A DNA stretch of 64,000 nucleotides, taken from Planctomycetota bacterium. Lineage in GTDB: Bacteria > Planctomycetota > SZUA-567 > H5-PLA8. Under the pieces are notes generated by a model. That model did no database searches and had not been told where the DNA came from. It was given only the letters and a program-made list of their open reading frames with translations. The stretch covers positions 1 to 64,000 of the forward strand of contig BTVV01000027.1 of NCBI GenBank assembly GCA_045863855.1. Direction: 5' to 3'. Position numbers and translations under genes: made by a program. This document shows, piece after piece, positions 9,510-18,332 of this stretch. How positions within the stretch are numbered: position 1 is the first letter of the stretch; the number at the start of each line of letters is the position of its first letter.

Positions 9510-11369
9510 ATGCAACCCTTCCTCACGCTCGGACTGCTATTCGCATGGGCGCTCGCCGGAACGGCCGCTGCGGCCGATCCGGCCGTGGAGCGCTTTGCGC
9601 GCTTTCGAGACGGCACGATCCTGCGCGTGGAACTGGACGACGCGCCGCTAAACCTGCGGGTCGTGACCGCGTCCGGCACCGCCGAGGCGCGCACTGTACG
9701 CGCGTCCGAGTTGGAGCGTTTCCTGCTCGCGCGCCAGCCCCGGCTGGACGAACTGCTTAAACTCGGCGCGCTGATCACAAAGCTCGCCGACGACGAGTAC
9801 GGCGTCCGCGAACTGGCTTCCGAGGAGATACGGAAGCTGGGCGCTCCGATCCGCCAGGACGTGCTGCGGCTGATGGCCGAGCATGCCGATCCGGAGATCC
9901 GCGCGCGGCTGGGCCAGATTATGGAGCGCCTGCCCGCCGATGCGGCCGGCCCCGGGGGAGCGCTGTGCGACGAGGTTGTGCTGGGCGGCACGCTCCTGCG
10001 GGCCGATCTCGGCGCGCTTACCTTAAAAGTGCGAATCCAGGGACAGGAACTCGCGCTCGAACGCGAGATACTGCTGGGACTATCGGCCTCCGCGCCGGAA
10101 GCCGCGGCCGCCCGGCCGGCGGCGGGCGCCGCGAAAGCCCGGCGGATCGATGCGGACGACGATGCGGCGTTCGGCGCGCAGCCGACGCGGATCGACTTCG
10201 AGCGCGCTCCTTCCGGCGAAGCGCTCCGCGCCGGGCAGGACATCCGCGAAGCGTTCGTCGCGCGCGGGTTTCGCCTGAGCACGTCCATCGAGAACGCGAT
10301 CGTTTCGGTGAACGACTACAACGTCCAGGGCCGCAGCCAGGGGCTCTCCTGCGCCACCCACCAGCCGCTCTGGCAGGGGCAGATCACGATCCGTTTCTGC
10401 GTTCCCGGCCAGCCTTCGGCGCCGGCCTGCGTCTCGGCCTTCGGGCTCTGGATCGCCGCGGTCTCGCCCAACAGCACGAGCATCGAGGCATACGACGCGT
10501 TTGGGAAGCCGATCCTTACGGTTGCGACCACACGCGGGCCCAATCAGTTCCTGGGTCTGCATAGCCGCGTGCCGATCGCTTCCATCAAGGTAGTGCCCAA
10601 CCTGGCCGTCGATCCCGACTACACGATCGACGATCTGGTTTTCGATGCGCCGCGTCCGGTGCAGGAGTTAGCGCATCCCAAGCTCTGCGCCGCGCGCTTC
10701 GCCAGCGGGGAGCGCGTCTTCGCGGAGCGGTTGACCGTAAGCGAGGGCGCGTGCCGGATGGAGAACTTGAGCGTCGGGCCGGCGAAGCTCGAACGGCCCG
10801 CGGCGGACCTGCGCGAATTGGCCACTCCGTACGAGAGCTGGACCCCGCCGGAGCGCACGCCCGGTTGCTGGCTGATGCTGCTCGACGGTTCGGTACTGCG
10901 CGGCACCGCGGAGGACGGCTTGCGCGCCGCGCGGCTTCCCGCGCTGGCGCTCGATGCGGGGTCGCTCGCGGCTCTGTGGGGCGACCGTTCTCCTTACCTG
11001 GTCCCGCCCGAAGGCGAAGCTTGGACGCCGGGCTGCGCGCGCATTCTTCCCAGCGAGCCCGCGCGGCTGCATCCGGCGTGGAAGTTGACGCCCCAAGGAC
11101 TCGAGGGAACCGCCGGACCCGGCGTCGAAACGACGGTTTACGCTTATCCCGAACTGCCCATGGTCTGGGTCGCCACGCCTCCGAAGCTGGACGAGAAGGC
11201 CGGACTCGCCCGGCTGAACAGCGCCGAATTGCTGGTGCTCACGGCCGGTGGCGAACGAGGGTTCAGCTTCGTAAGCTGGAGCGCCGATGAGGTCCGCTTC
11301 CGCCACGATTCGCGCGAAATCCGAGTGCCGCTGCGCGAAGTCTCCACGATCGACCTGCCCGCACCGTAG
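9510..11369 (+). CDS. Exported hypothetical protein with HEAT-like helical motif and beta-sandwich region
   Basis: GGAGG RBS, signal peptide MQPFLTLGLLFAWALAGTAAA, and the LADDEYGVRELAS...DPEIRARL motif. Confidence 0.8.
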   Translation: MQPFLTLGLLFAWALAGTAAAADPAVERFARFRDGTILRVELDDAPLNLRVVTASGTAEARTVRASELERFLLARQPRLDELLKLGALITKLADDEYGVRELASEEIRKLGAPIRQDVLRLMAEHADPEIRARLGQIMERLPADAAGPGGALCDEVVLGGTLLRADLGALTLKVRIQGQELALEREILLGLSASAPEAAAARPAAGAAKARRIDADDDAAFGAQPTRIDFERAPSGEALRAGQDIREAFVARGFRLSTSIENAIVSVNDYNVQGRSQGLSCATHQPLWQGQITIRFCVPGQPSAPACVSAFGLWIAAVSPNSTSIEAYDAFGKPILTVATTRGPNQFLGLHSRVPIASIKVVPNLAVDPDYTIDDLVFDAPRPVQELAHPKLCAARFASGERVFAERLTVSEGACRMENLSVGPAKLERPAADLRELATPYESWTPPERTPGCWLMLLDGSVLRGTAEDGLRAARLPALALDAGSLAALWGDRSPYLVPPEGEAWTPGCARILPSEPARLHPAWKLTPQGLEGTAGPGVETTVYAYPELPMVWVATPPKLDEKAGLARLNSAELLVLTAGGERGFSFVSWSADEVRFRHDSREIRVPLREVSTIDLPAP

Positions 11370-11520
11370 CCGAATGCCGATCGAATTAGGTTTATTTTTA
11401 GTGTACTAGGCATCCGACCTCTATATCTAATCGGCTCGGAGTGGGGTATTCTATAAAAGGAGCGCCGGTCGATGATGCGGTGCCTATGGCGATGTAATCA
11501 AATACGGGGTCGAAACTTAC

Positions 11521-12990
11521 ATGAGCGCTCGAGATGTTTGGTTCGGGAATACCGCTTGGCCTTCGGGAGCTTCGCCCGGGGCTTTCGCACGAGATGTCTT
11601 CCGTATCGCAGAAGCTAAAACCGATCGTGAGAAGGCACTCGCATTCGCGCATTGGCTGATTCGCTGCATGAATCGTGGCGCGAACCTAAAGCTGCCCAGC
11701 ATGGGCAGCTACGTTCATTGCGCCGATCCGCTGCTGCTCTTTTCGTCGTGGGGGCACAACGAATGCACGGGCTGGGGCTGGGTGGCAACGGAAGCGCTTC
11801 AAGCCGCGGGGCTGAAGGCGCGGCGCGTGGTGGTTCACGACAGCGGGCACACCTTCTATGAGGTCTGGTACAAGGGCCTCGACGGCGAGGAAGGCTGGCA
11901 CGCGTTCGATCCGTTCCTGGGCTGGTGGTACACGAACGACCGCGGCGAAGTGGCTTCGTGCGAGGAACTGACGGCGCATCCGGATCTGGTGGCGCATCCG
12001 CGTCCCGGCGGTCCGACGCGGCTGGGTCATCATCCCGAACGCAGCGGCGTGCTAAAGCGCTACCAGCTCCACGACCAGCTCGACATCGTTCAACCCGTGC
12101 GCGACGAGCGGCTGTACTTTCAGCCCAAAGCGGGACAGAGCTATTCGAATCTGTGGCGTCCCGAAGAGCCCAGCCTGGGGATTCCGGCGAATGCCGACGG
12201 TTCGGGCGCGCACTGCGATATCGCGCTGTACGACGAAGAAGGCCGCCCGCGCTATCCGGAGCATCACGAATACTGGCGGCATTACGTCTGGCCGCACCGC
12301 GACGATACGTTTGGCACGCAGGTGGTGCGCTGGCACGGCTGCGGCGCGTTGCGCTGGCAGCCGCTGCTGCACGGCGCCGCGCAAGCCGAAAGCGCCGCGT
12401 TCGCGGTCTTCGAGGACGGCACGCTGCGCCCGTCGGGGTCGCGCAAGCATTGCGAGGTCTGGTGGCGCATCCAGCTTCCGTACTTGGCCACCTACCTGCG
12501 CGTGAATGTGGCCGCCGACGCGGGCGGGAGCGACCTGATCGGGCTGGCGATCTCCACCGATGCCGGGAAATCGCTGCATCCGTTCCACTGGGCGCACGGC
12601 GCGCCTCCGAAGCTGCTCCAATTGCTGCCCAGCCAGACGCCGTCGATCCGCGGGTTGAAGGAGTTCTGGCTGCGTCTGGATATCTCGAGCCAGCAGCCGC
12701 AGCCCAAGCTGCGCATCCGCGGCTTGCAGCTCGCGGTGGGCTACCAGCTCAACATGAACGTGCTGCCGCGGCTGGTTCCGGGGGCGAACGAGCTTTTCGT
12801 CGAAGCCGGCGCGCTGGACGGCGTGAAGCTTGCGGCCGAATGGGCCTTTACGCATCCGCAGGGCGAGCGTCTGGAAAGCGTGGCGCTGGACCGCGCCGGC
12901 CGCGCGGCCCGGAAGGTCGATCTGGATCTCGCCAAGCCCAGCGACGTGGTGATGCGCGGCGTCACGCTGCGCTGCCTGGACGCGCGCTGA
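11521..12990 (+). CDS. Transglutaminase-like superfamily protein
   Basis: Cys-His-Asp arrangement: GHNECTG...AGLKARRV...GHTFYEVWY...WHAFDP. Confidence 0.8.
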   Translation: MSARDVWFGNTAWPSGASPGAFARDVFRIAEAKTDREKALAFAHWLIRCMNRGANLKLPSMGSYVHCADPLLLFSSWGHNECTGWGWVATEALQAAGLKARRVVVHDSGHTFYEVWYKGLDGEEGWHAFDPFLGWWYTNDRGEVASCEELTAHPDLVAHPRPGGPTRLGHHPERSGVLKRYQLHDQLDIVQPVRDERLYFQPKAGQSYSNLWRPEEPSLGIPANADGSGAHCDIALYDEEGRPRYPEHHEYWRHYVWPHRDDTFGTQVVRWHGCGALRWQPLLHGAAQAESAAFAVFEDGTLRPSGSRKHCEVWWRIQLPYLATYLRVNVAADAGGSDLIGLAISTDAGKSLHPFHWAHGAPPKLLQLLPSQTPSIRGLKEFWLRLDISSQQPQPKLRIRGLQLAVGYQLNMNVLPRLVPGANELFVEAGALDGVKLAAEWAFTHPQGERLESVALDRAGRAARKVDLDLAKPSDVVMRGVTLRCLDAR

Positions 12991-13366
12991 AACGGCGGTA
13001 CCGCTTCGAATCGAATTCCCCTTGCCGCTCCTAGGGCGCACGGCTACAGTGCTTCCCGTGTTCGGTGTTTGTTGGAGTGGTCTGGCGGAAGCGCGCAACA
13101 TGGTCGTTCAACCCCTCGGGCTGTCGTTCCCCATCGCCGCGGCGCAAAATCCGCGGTGCCCGCGGGCGCGTGTTTCCGCCGGCTCAACGGCCCCCTCCTG
13201 CCTTGCCGCCGCACCGTGGTGCGGTCCCGCTGCCGGTGAACTTTCGTAACTTGTTGGGATGGGCGATTCGCGGACGGGCCTTTGGGTCCGTGTCCCCGTC
13301 GCCCCGGCGCCGGAAAGTCCGGGCGTTGTTGCGGTATTCCGTTTCCGAACACGATGGGAGCTTAAC

Positions 13367-15421
13367 GTGAGTTCGAACATTCAACTGCGGTTGCCGGACG
13401 GTTCGGTCCGCGAGGTGCCGGCCGGGACCACCGGCCTGGAGGTGGCCGCTTCGATCGGCAAGCGGCTCGCGCAGGACGCGCTGGCCGTGAAACTCGACGG
13501 CGAAATTCTGGATCTGAACCGCACGTTATCCAAGGGCGGCGCCTTCAGCGTGATTACTCCGCGCAGCCGCGAGGGCGAATTGAACGCGGACGGGCTGTAC
13601 GTGCTGCGGCACAGTTGCGCGCACGTGATGGCGGAAGCGATCTGCCGGCTGTGGCCCGAAGCGAAGCTCGTTTACGGCCCGCCGGTCGAGGGCGGCTTCT
13701 ACTACGACATTGATTTGCCGCACAAGATTTCCGCGGAGGAGTTCGCGAAGATCGAAGCGGAAATGGCGAAGATCGTCGCGGAACAGCGTCCGTTCACCCG
13801 CGTCGAGATGCCGCGCGGCGAGGGAATGTCCAAGGTCCAGGCCGAGGGCAATCCCTATAAAGTTGACAACGCGCAGCGCGCCGAAGGCGACGTGCTGAGT
13901 TTTTACGTGACCGGCGCGCGCATCGGGCAAGACTTCGAAGATCTCTGCCGCGGGCCGCACGTGCCGCACACCGGGAAGATCGGCGCGTTCAAGGTCACCT
14001 CGGTGGCCGGCGCGTACTGGCACGGCGACGCGACCCAGCAGCAGCTCCAGCGCGTCTACGGCACCGCGTTCCCGTCGCAGAAGGATCTCGACGAGCATCT
14101 CAAGCGGATCGAGGAATCGCAGAAGCGCGACCATCGCCTGCTGGGCAAGCAACTCGAACTGTTCCACATCGACGAGGCCGTCGGGCAGGGGCTGATCCTC
14201 TGGAAGCCCAACGGCGCGGTGGTGCGAAAGGAACTCCAAAAGTTCATCGGCGAAGAACTGGCGAAGCACGGCTACCACGAGGTCTTCACCCCGCACATCG
14301 GCAAGCTGGATCTGTACCGCACCAGCGGGCACTTCCCGTACTACAGCGACAGCCAGTACCCGCCGGTGGTGATGCGTGAGGAGCTGTCCAAGCTGGCCGA
14401 CGAGAAGTGCAGTTGCGCGGACCTGGCGCACAAGCTCGAAGCGGGAGAGATCGACGGCTACCTGCTCAAGCCGATGAACTGCCCGCACCACATCAAGATC
14501 TACGCGAGCCAGCGGCGCAGCTACCGCGAACTGCCGCTGCGCTTGGCGGAGTTCGGGACCGTGTACCGCTGGGAGCAGTCGGGCGAGCTGAACGGCATGA
14601 CCCGCGTGCGCGGCTTCACTCAGGACGACGCGCATCTGTTCTGCACCGAGGAACAGGTGGCGGCGGAGCTGCGCGGCTGCCTGGACTTGGTGAAGACCGT
14701 CTTCCGCACCTTGGGCATGCAGGATTACCGCGTGCGCGTGGGCCTGCGCGATCCGGCCAGCACCAAGTACACCGGCGCGCCGGAATTGTGGGAGAAGGCC
14801 GAGCAGGCCTGCCGCGAGGCGGCGAAGCACTTAGGCGCGAAGTTCACCGAGGAGCCCGGCGAAGCCGCGTTCTACGGCCCGAAGATCGACTTCGTGGTCA
14901 AAGACGTGATCGGCCGCGAATGGCAGCTTGGGACCGTGCAGGTGGATTACAACCTGCCGCAGCGATTCGATTTGAGCTACATCGGTTCGGACAACCAGGC
15001 GCACCGGCCGGTGATGATCCACCGCGCGCCATTCGGGAGCCTGGAACGCTTCGTCGGGGTGCTGATCGAGCACTTCGCGGGAGCGTTCCCGTTCTGGCTG
15101 GCTCCGGTTCAGGTGCGAGTAGCCAATATAACCGATAAGCAGGAGGAAGCGTGTAGGCAGGTGGAGGCGGCCTGCCGTTCCGCCGGGTTGCGTGTGGACT
15201 CTGACCTGGGACACGGCAAAATCAACGCGAAGGTGGCCGCCGCGGAACAAGAGAAGATTCCCTACCTGCTGGTGGTGGGGGAACGGGAAGCCCAGTCGGG
15301 CAGCGTGGCGGTGCGTGAGCGCGGCCGGAAGAACCTGGGCGAGATGAAGCTGGACGCGTTCCTCGAACGCGCGCGCGCGGCGGTGTCCGCGCGGCGGCTC
15401 GAAGGGATCGCAACCGAGTAA
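13367..15421 (+). CDS. thrS: Threonine--tRNA ligase
   Basis: TGS domain, HSCAH, DLCRGPH, RDHR, KPMNCP, RVRGFTQDDAH, FYGPKID and HRAPFGSLERF. GTG start after GGGAG. Confidence 0.98.
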   Translation: MSSNIQLRLPDGSVREVPAGTTGLEVAASIGKRLAQDALAVKLDGEILDLNRTLSKGGAFSVITPRSREGELNADGLYVLRHSCAHVMAEAICRLWPEAKLVYGPPVEGGFYYDIDLPHKISAEEFAKIEAEMAKIVAEQRPFTRVEMPRGEGMSKVQAEGNPYKVDNAQRAEGDVLSFYVTGARIGQDFEDLCRGPHVPHTGKIGAFKVTSVAGAYWHGDATQQQLQRVYGTAFPSQKDLDEHLKRIEESQKRDHRLLGKQLELFHIDEAVGQGLILWKPNGAVVRKELQKFIGEELAKHGYHEVFTPHIGKLDLYRTSGHFPYYSDSQYPPVVMREELSKLADEKCSCADLAHKLEAGEIDGYLLKPMNCPHHIKIYASQRRSYRELPLRLAEFGTVYRWEQSGELNGMTRVRGFTQDDAHLFCTEEQVAAELRGCLDLVKTVFRTLGMQDYRVRVGLRDPASTKYTGAPELWEKAEQACREAAKHLGAKFTEEPGEAAFYGPKIDFVVKDVIGREWQLGTVQVDYNLPQRFDLSYIGSDNQAHRPVMIHRAPFGSLERFVGVLIEHFAGAFPFWLAPVQVRVANITDKQEEACRQVEAACRSAGLRVDSDLGHGKINAKVAAAEQEKIPYLLVVGEREAQSGSVAVRERGRKNLGEMKLDAFLERARAAVSARRLEGIATE

Positions 15422-15488
15422 CGGACGCGGCGCGGGCAAGGGGTTCGCGCCGCTTTGAGGCAGACTCGTACGACAAGGAGGAAGGGCC

Positions 15489-16040
15489 ATTACCGACCGA
15501 TTGCGGAAGAACGAAGATATCCGCGGAACGAAGACCGTGCGCGTGATCGGACCCGAAGGGGACCAGTTGGGCATCATGCTGGTCGAACAGGCGCGGATGA
15601 AGGCGGCCGAACTGGAGCTGGATCTGGTGGAAGTTGCTCCCAAGGCCGTTCCGCCCGTCTGCAAGATCATGGACTTCGGCAAGCACCTGTATCAGGAACA
15701 GAAGAAGACGCACGGCGCGCGCAAGAAGTCGCACGCCGGCGAATTGAAGGAAGTGCGCCTGAAGCCGCGCATCGGCAAGCACGACCTGGAAATCAAGGTA
15801 ACCCGCGCCAAGGAGTTCCTGGGCGATGGACACCGCGTCCAGTTCACGATGATGTACAAGGGACGCGAGATCACGCACCAGGAGATCGGCGAGCACGTAA
15901 TGCAGGACGTGCTGGCGCAACTGGGCGAGCTTTGCAAAGTCGAACGTGGACCGTTCCGCGAAGGCAAGCGCGTGGGCTTGGTCGTGGCGCCCAAGGTCAA
16001 GACGCCTGAAGGCTCCAAACCCAAAGCCGCCGAAGCGTGA
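15489..16040 (+). CDS. infC: Translation initiation factor IF-3 (ATT start)
   Basis: LDLVEVAP, PPVCKIMDFGK, KEVRLKPRI and KGRE motifs. In-frame ATT at 15489 sits 7 nt after AAGGAGG. Confidence 0.97.
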   Translation: MTDRLRKNEDIRGTKTVRVIGPEGDQLGIMLVEQARMKAAELELDLVEVAPKAVPPVCKIMDFGKHLYQEQKKTHGARKKSHAGELKEVRLKPRIGKHDLEIKVTRAKEFLGDGHRVQFTMMYKGREITHQEIGEHVMQDVLAQLGELCKVERGPFREGKRVGLVVAPKVKTPEGSKPKAAEA

Positions 16041-16410
16041 GCCGGACGCACGTTCGGCGCTAAGCGTTGAATGCGAACGGCTCGACCGCCACGGTGGCCG
16101 TATCGGCAACGCGTCCATCCAAAGAGGGCGGTTTCGCACGCCGACCGCTTAAGCTCAGCGGGCGGTAGGCTCGCTGGAAGCGCTCGAACGGGCCGGTATC
16201 AATACTTCGGCCCTCTTCTGCCCATCACCTGGGCCAGCCGGGCCGATCCGTCGGCGTATTCGGCGGCTTTTTTGCCCGTTGACGCAACCTGCTTCCCTCG
16301 CTCTAATTGGAACGCTTGTTAGGAATAGGAAATATTGCCGTACCGCGTAGGGGCCGCCCGGGGTCCGTGCGCGGATTGCGTTATAAGCTGCCGCGCTTGG
16401 GGGAAGAGCG

Positions 16411-16977
16411 ATGCGACTCGAACATTCGAAGGGCTTCAACTGGTTGAACCGGATCGCCTGTCTTGCGTTGGTGCTGGCGGTCTGCGCCGGTTCGCTGGGC
16501 GCCGAAGACGAAGTGGCGATGAAGAAGAAGGAGAAGGCCAAGAAGGAGAAGAAGGAAGAGCCCAAGGTTCCCAACCAGCCCGCGCCTGCGCCGGCGGTCA
16601 CGGAGAAGGTGGGCGAACCGTTCCACGACGAGGTGGTGGACTTCGAGAACGCTTTCGCGGGGGCCGGCGTGCTGATGGAAGTGAAGCCGGAGGTGAAGCA
16701 CGATTACGAAGCGTGCGGGAAGGCCGCCAAGGCGATGGCCGAAGCCGCCCGCGGGATCGTGACGCTGCACGAAGACCGTCTGCGCCAGTACGGCAACGAA
16801 TACCATCACCAACTGGAACTGCTCTCCGCGAACGCGAACCAGTTAAACACGGCGGTCGCCGAGCACCACCGCGCCAACATCTTCACTTACTGGCAGCAGC
16901 TTAAGCTGCTCCGTGACGAGCTATCCAAGACGCATCCTTGGCAAGCGCCGTACGCTCAGCCCAAGCAGCAGCCCTGA
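16411..16977 (+). CDS. Exported alpha-helical, His-rich hypothetical protein
   Basis: Signal peptide, Lys/Glu-rich linker and amphipathic helices, followed by a terminator. Confidence 0.8.
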   Translation: MRLEHSKGFNWLNRIACLALVLAVCAGSLGAEDEVAMKKKEKAKKEKKEEPKVPNQPAPAPAVTEKVGEPFHDEVVDFENAFAGAGVLMEVKPEVKHDYEACGKAAKAMAEAARGIVTLHEDRLRQYGNEYHHQLELLSANANQLNTAVAEHHRANIFTYWQQLKLLRDELSKTHPWQAPYAQPKQQP

Positions 16978-17005
16978 ATTCAAGCGGCAGGTTTTCGGAA
17001 TACCC

Positions 17006-17031
17006 GGCGGCGCGCCTAGCGCCGCCTTTTT
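17006..17031 (+). terminator. Rho-independent terminator
   Basis: GGCGGCGC-gccta-GCGCCGCC followed by TTTTT, between convergent genes. Confidence 0.75.
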
Positions 17032-17893
17032 ATTTAGCACCGCCGTGCGGCGTATCGCCGCCGATCTTGCCGTCCAGCACGCTGTCCATATCGAACGAAT
17101 GCTGGGCCGTGGGAAAGCGCCCCTGCTCGACGTCGTCTTTGTACGCCTGAGCGGCCTGGCGGATCACTTGGGCGACGTTGCCGTAGCGGTGCGCGTGCTT
17201 GGGCAGAAAATCCTCGTACATGCCCATGATGTCGTGGAAGACCTGGACCTGGCCGTCGCAGGCGGGTCCGGCGCCGATGCCGATGGTGGGGATGGAGAGC
17301 ATCTTGCTGAGCTGTTCGGCGAGCGGAGCGGGGACGAGTTCGAGAACGATGGCGAAGGCGCCGGCTTCTTCGAGGGCCTGCGCGGCGGCGATCAGGCGGT
17401 CGGCGGCTTCTTTGGTGCGCCCCTGCACGCGGTATCCGCCGATCATGTGGATCGACTGCGGCGTAAGGCCGATATGCCCCATGACGGGGATGCCGCTGGC
17501 GACGAGCGTGCCGACCACGGGCCCCATGCGCCGGCCTCCTTCCACCTTTACGGCCTGCGCGCCGCCTTCGGCCATCGCGCGGCGGGCGTTCTCCAAAGAA
17601 GTGGGCAGGTCGGACGAACTGTAGCTCGCGAAGGGCAGGTCGATCACGATCATCGACTTCTTCGCCGCGCGCGAAACGGCGCGGCAATGGTGGATCATCA
17701 TGTCCAGCGTCACGCGCAGGGTGGATTCGTGCCCCAGCACCACCATGCCCAGGGAGTCGCCGACGAGCATGATGGGAAAGCCCAGCGCATCGACGATTTT
17801 GGCCGAGGTGTAGTCGTAGCAGGTGACCATGGCGATTTTCTCGCCGCGCTGCTTCATCGCGCGCAGGTCGTGGATCGAGACGCGTCGGGGCAT
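17030..17893 (-). CDS. panB: 3-methyl-2-oxobutanoate hydroxymethyltransferase
   Basis: TCYD, LVGDSLGM, DLPFASY, AVKVEGG, GHIGLTPQ and GIGAGPACDGQVQV motifs. Confidence 0.98.
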   Translation of the reverse strand: MPRRVSIHDLRAMKQRGEKIAMVTCYDYTSAKIVDALGFPIMLVGDSLGMVVLGHESTLRVTLDMMIHHCRAVSRAAKKSMIVIDLPFASYSSSDLPTSLENARRAMAEGGAQAVKVEGGRRMGPVVGTLVASGIPVMGHIGLTPQSIHMIGGYRVQGRTKEAADRLIAAAQALEEAGAFAIVLELVPAPLAEQLSKMLSIPTIGIGAGPACDGQVQVFHDIMGMYEDFLPKHAHRYGNVAQVIRQAAQAYKDDVEQGRFPTAQHSFDMDSVLDGKIGGDTPHGGAK

Positions 17894-17922
17894 GGGAAGG
17901 TCTCCGGGGCAGGCTTTTAAGG

Positions 17923-17954
17923 GTAAACAGTGAACGGTGAACAGTAAACAGTAA
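17923..17954. repeat. Short heptamer tandem repeat (GTRAACR x4.5)
   Basis: GTAAACA GTGAACG GTGAACA GTAAACA GTAA in the intergenic gap upstream of panB. Confidence 0.8.
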
Positions 17955-18005
17955 GGACGGGAGAACGATTTCGGATTTCGAATGGGACGGCCCCGGTTGC
18001 ACGAC

Positions 18006-18323
18006 TTATGCCAACAACAAAAAGGAAAATGCGAACAACGCCAAGATGCCCGCGTCGATTGCCACCATCAGGCTCATCCGCTTCCAAAGGGCATGCATGC
18101 CACGGATGGTAGCCAATCTGAAGCTCAGATACGCGGCTCCTCCGGCCACTAGCAGCCCCAGCACCAAACAGACTGCTTGCTGGATTTCGTCCGCACCCAG
18201 ATCGTTTACGAAGTCGATCAACGCCGAGAATACCAAGCCTTGGAGATTGCCAAAGAACAGCACAAAGAGAATCTCGGCGAGGCCAAACCGGAGAGGTCGA
18301 ACAGGAGGCGGAGCATCGGACAT
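18006..18323 (-). CDS. Small three-TM membrane protein
   Basis: Three hydrophobic segments and a PLRFGLAEILF start motif. Begins 9 nt after the upstream stop. Confidence 0.75.
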   Translation of the reverse strand: MSDAPPPVRPLRFGLAEILFVLFFGNLQGLVFSALIDFVNDLGADEIQQAVCLVLGLLVAGGAAYLSFRLATIRGMHALWKRMSLMVAIDAGILALFAFSFLLLA

Positions 18324-18332
18324 GCGGACAGC

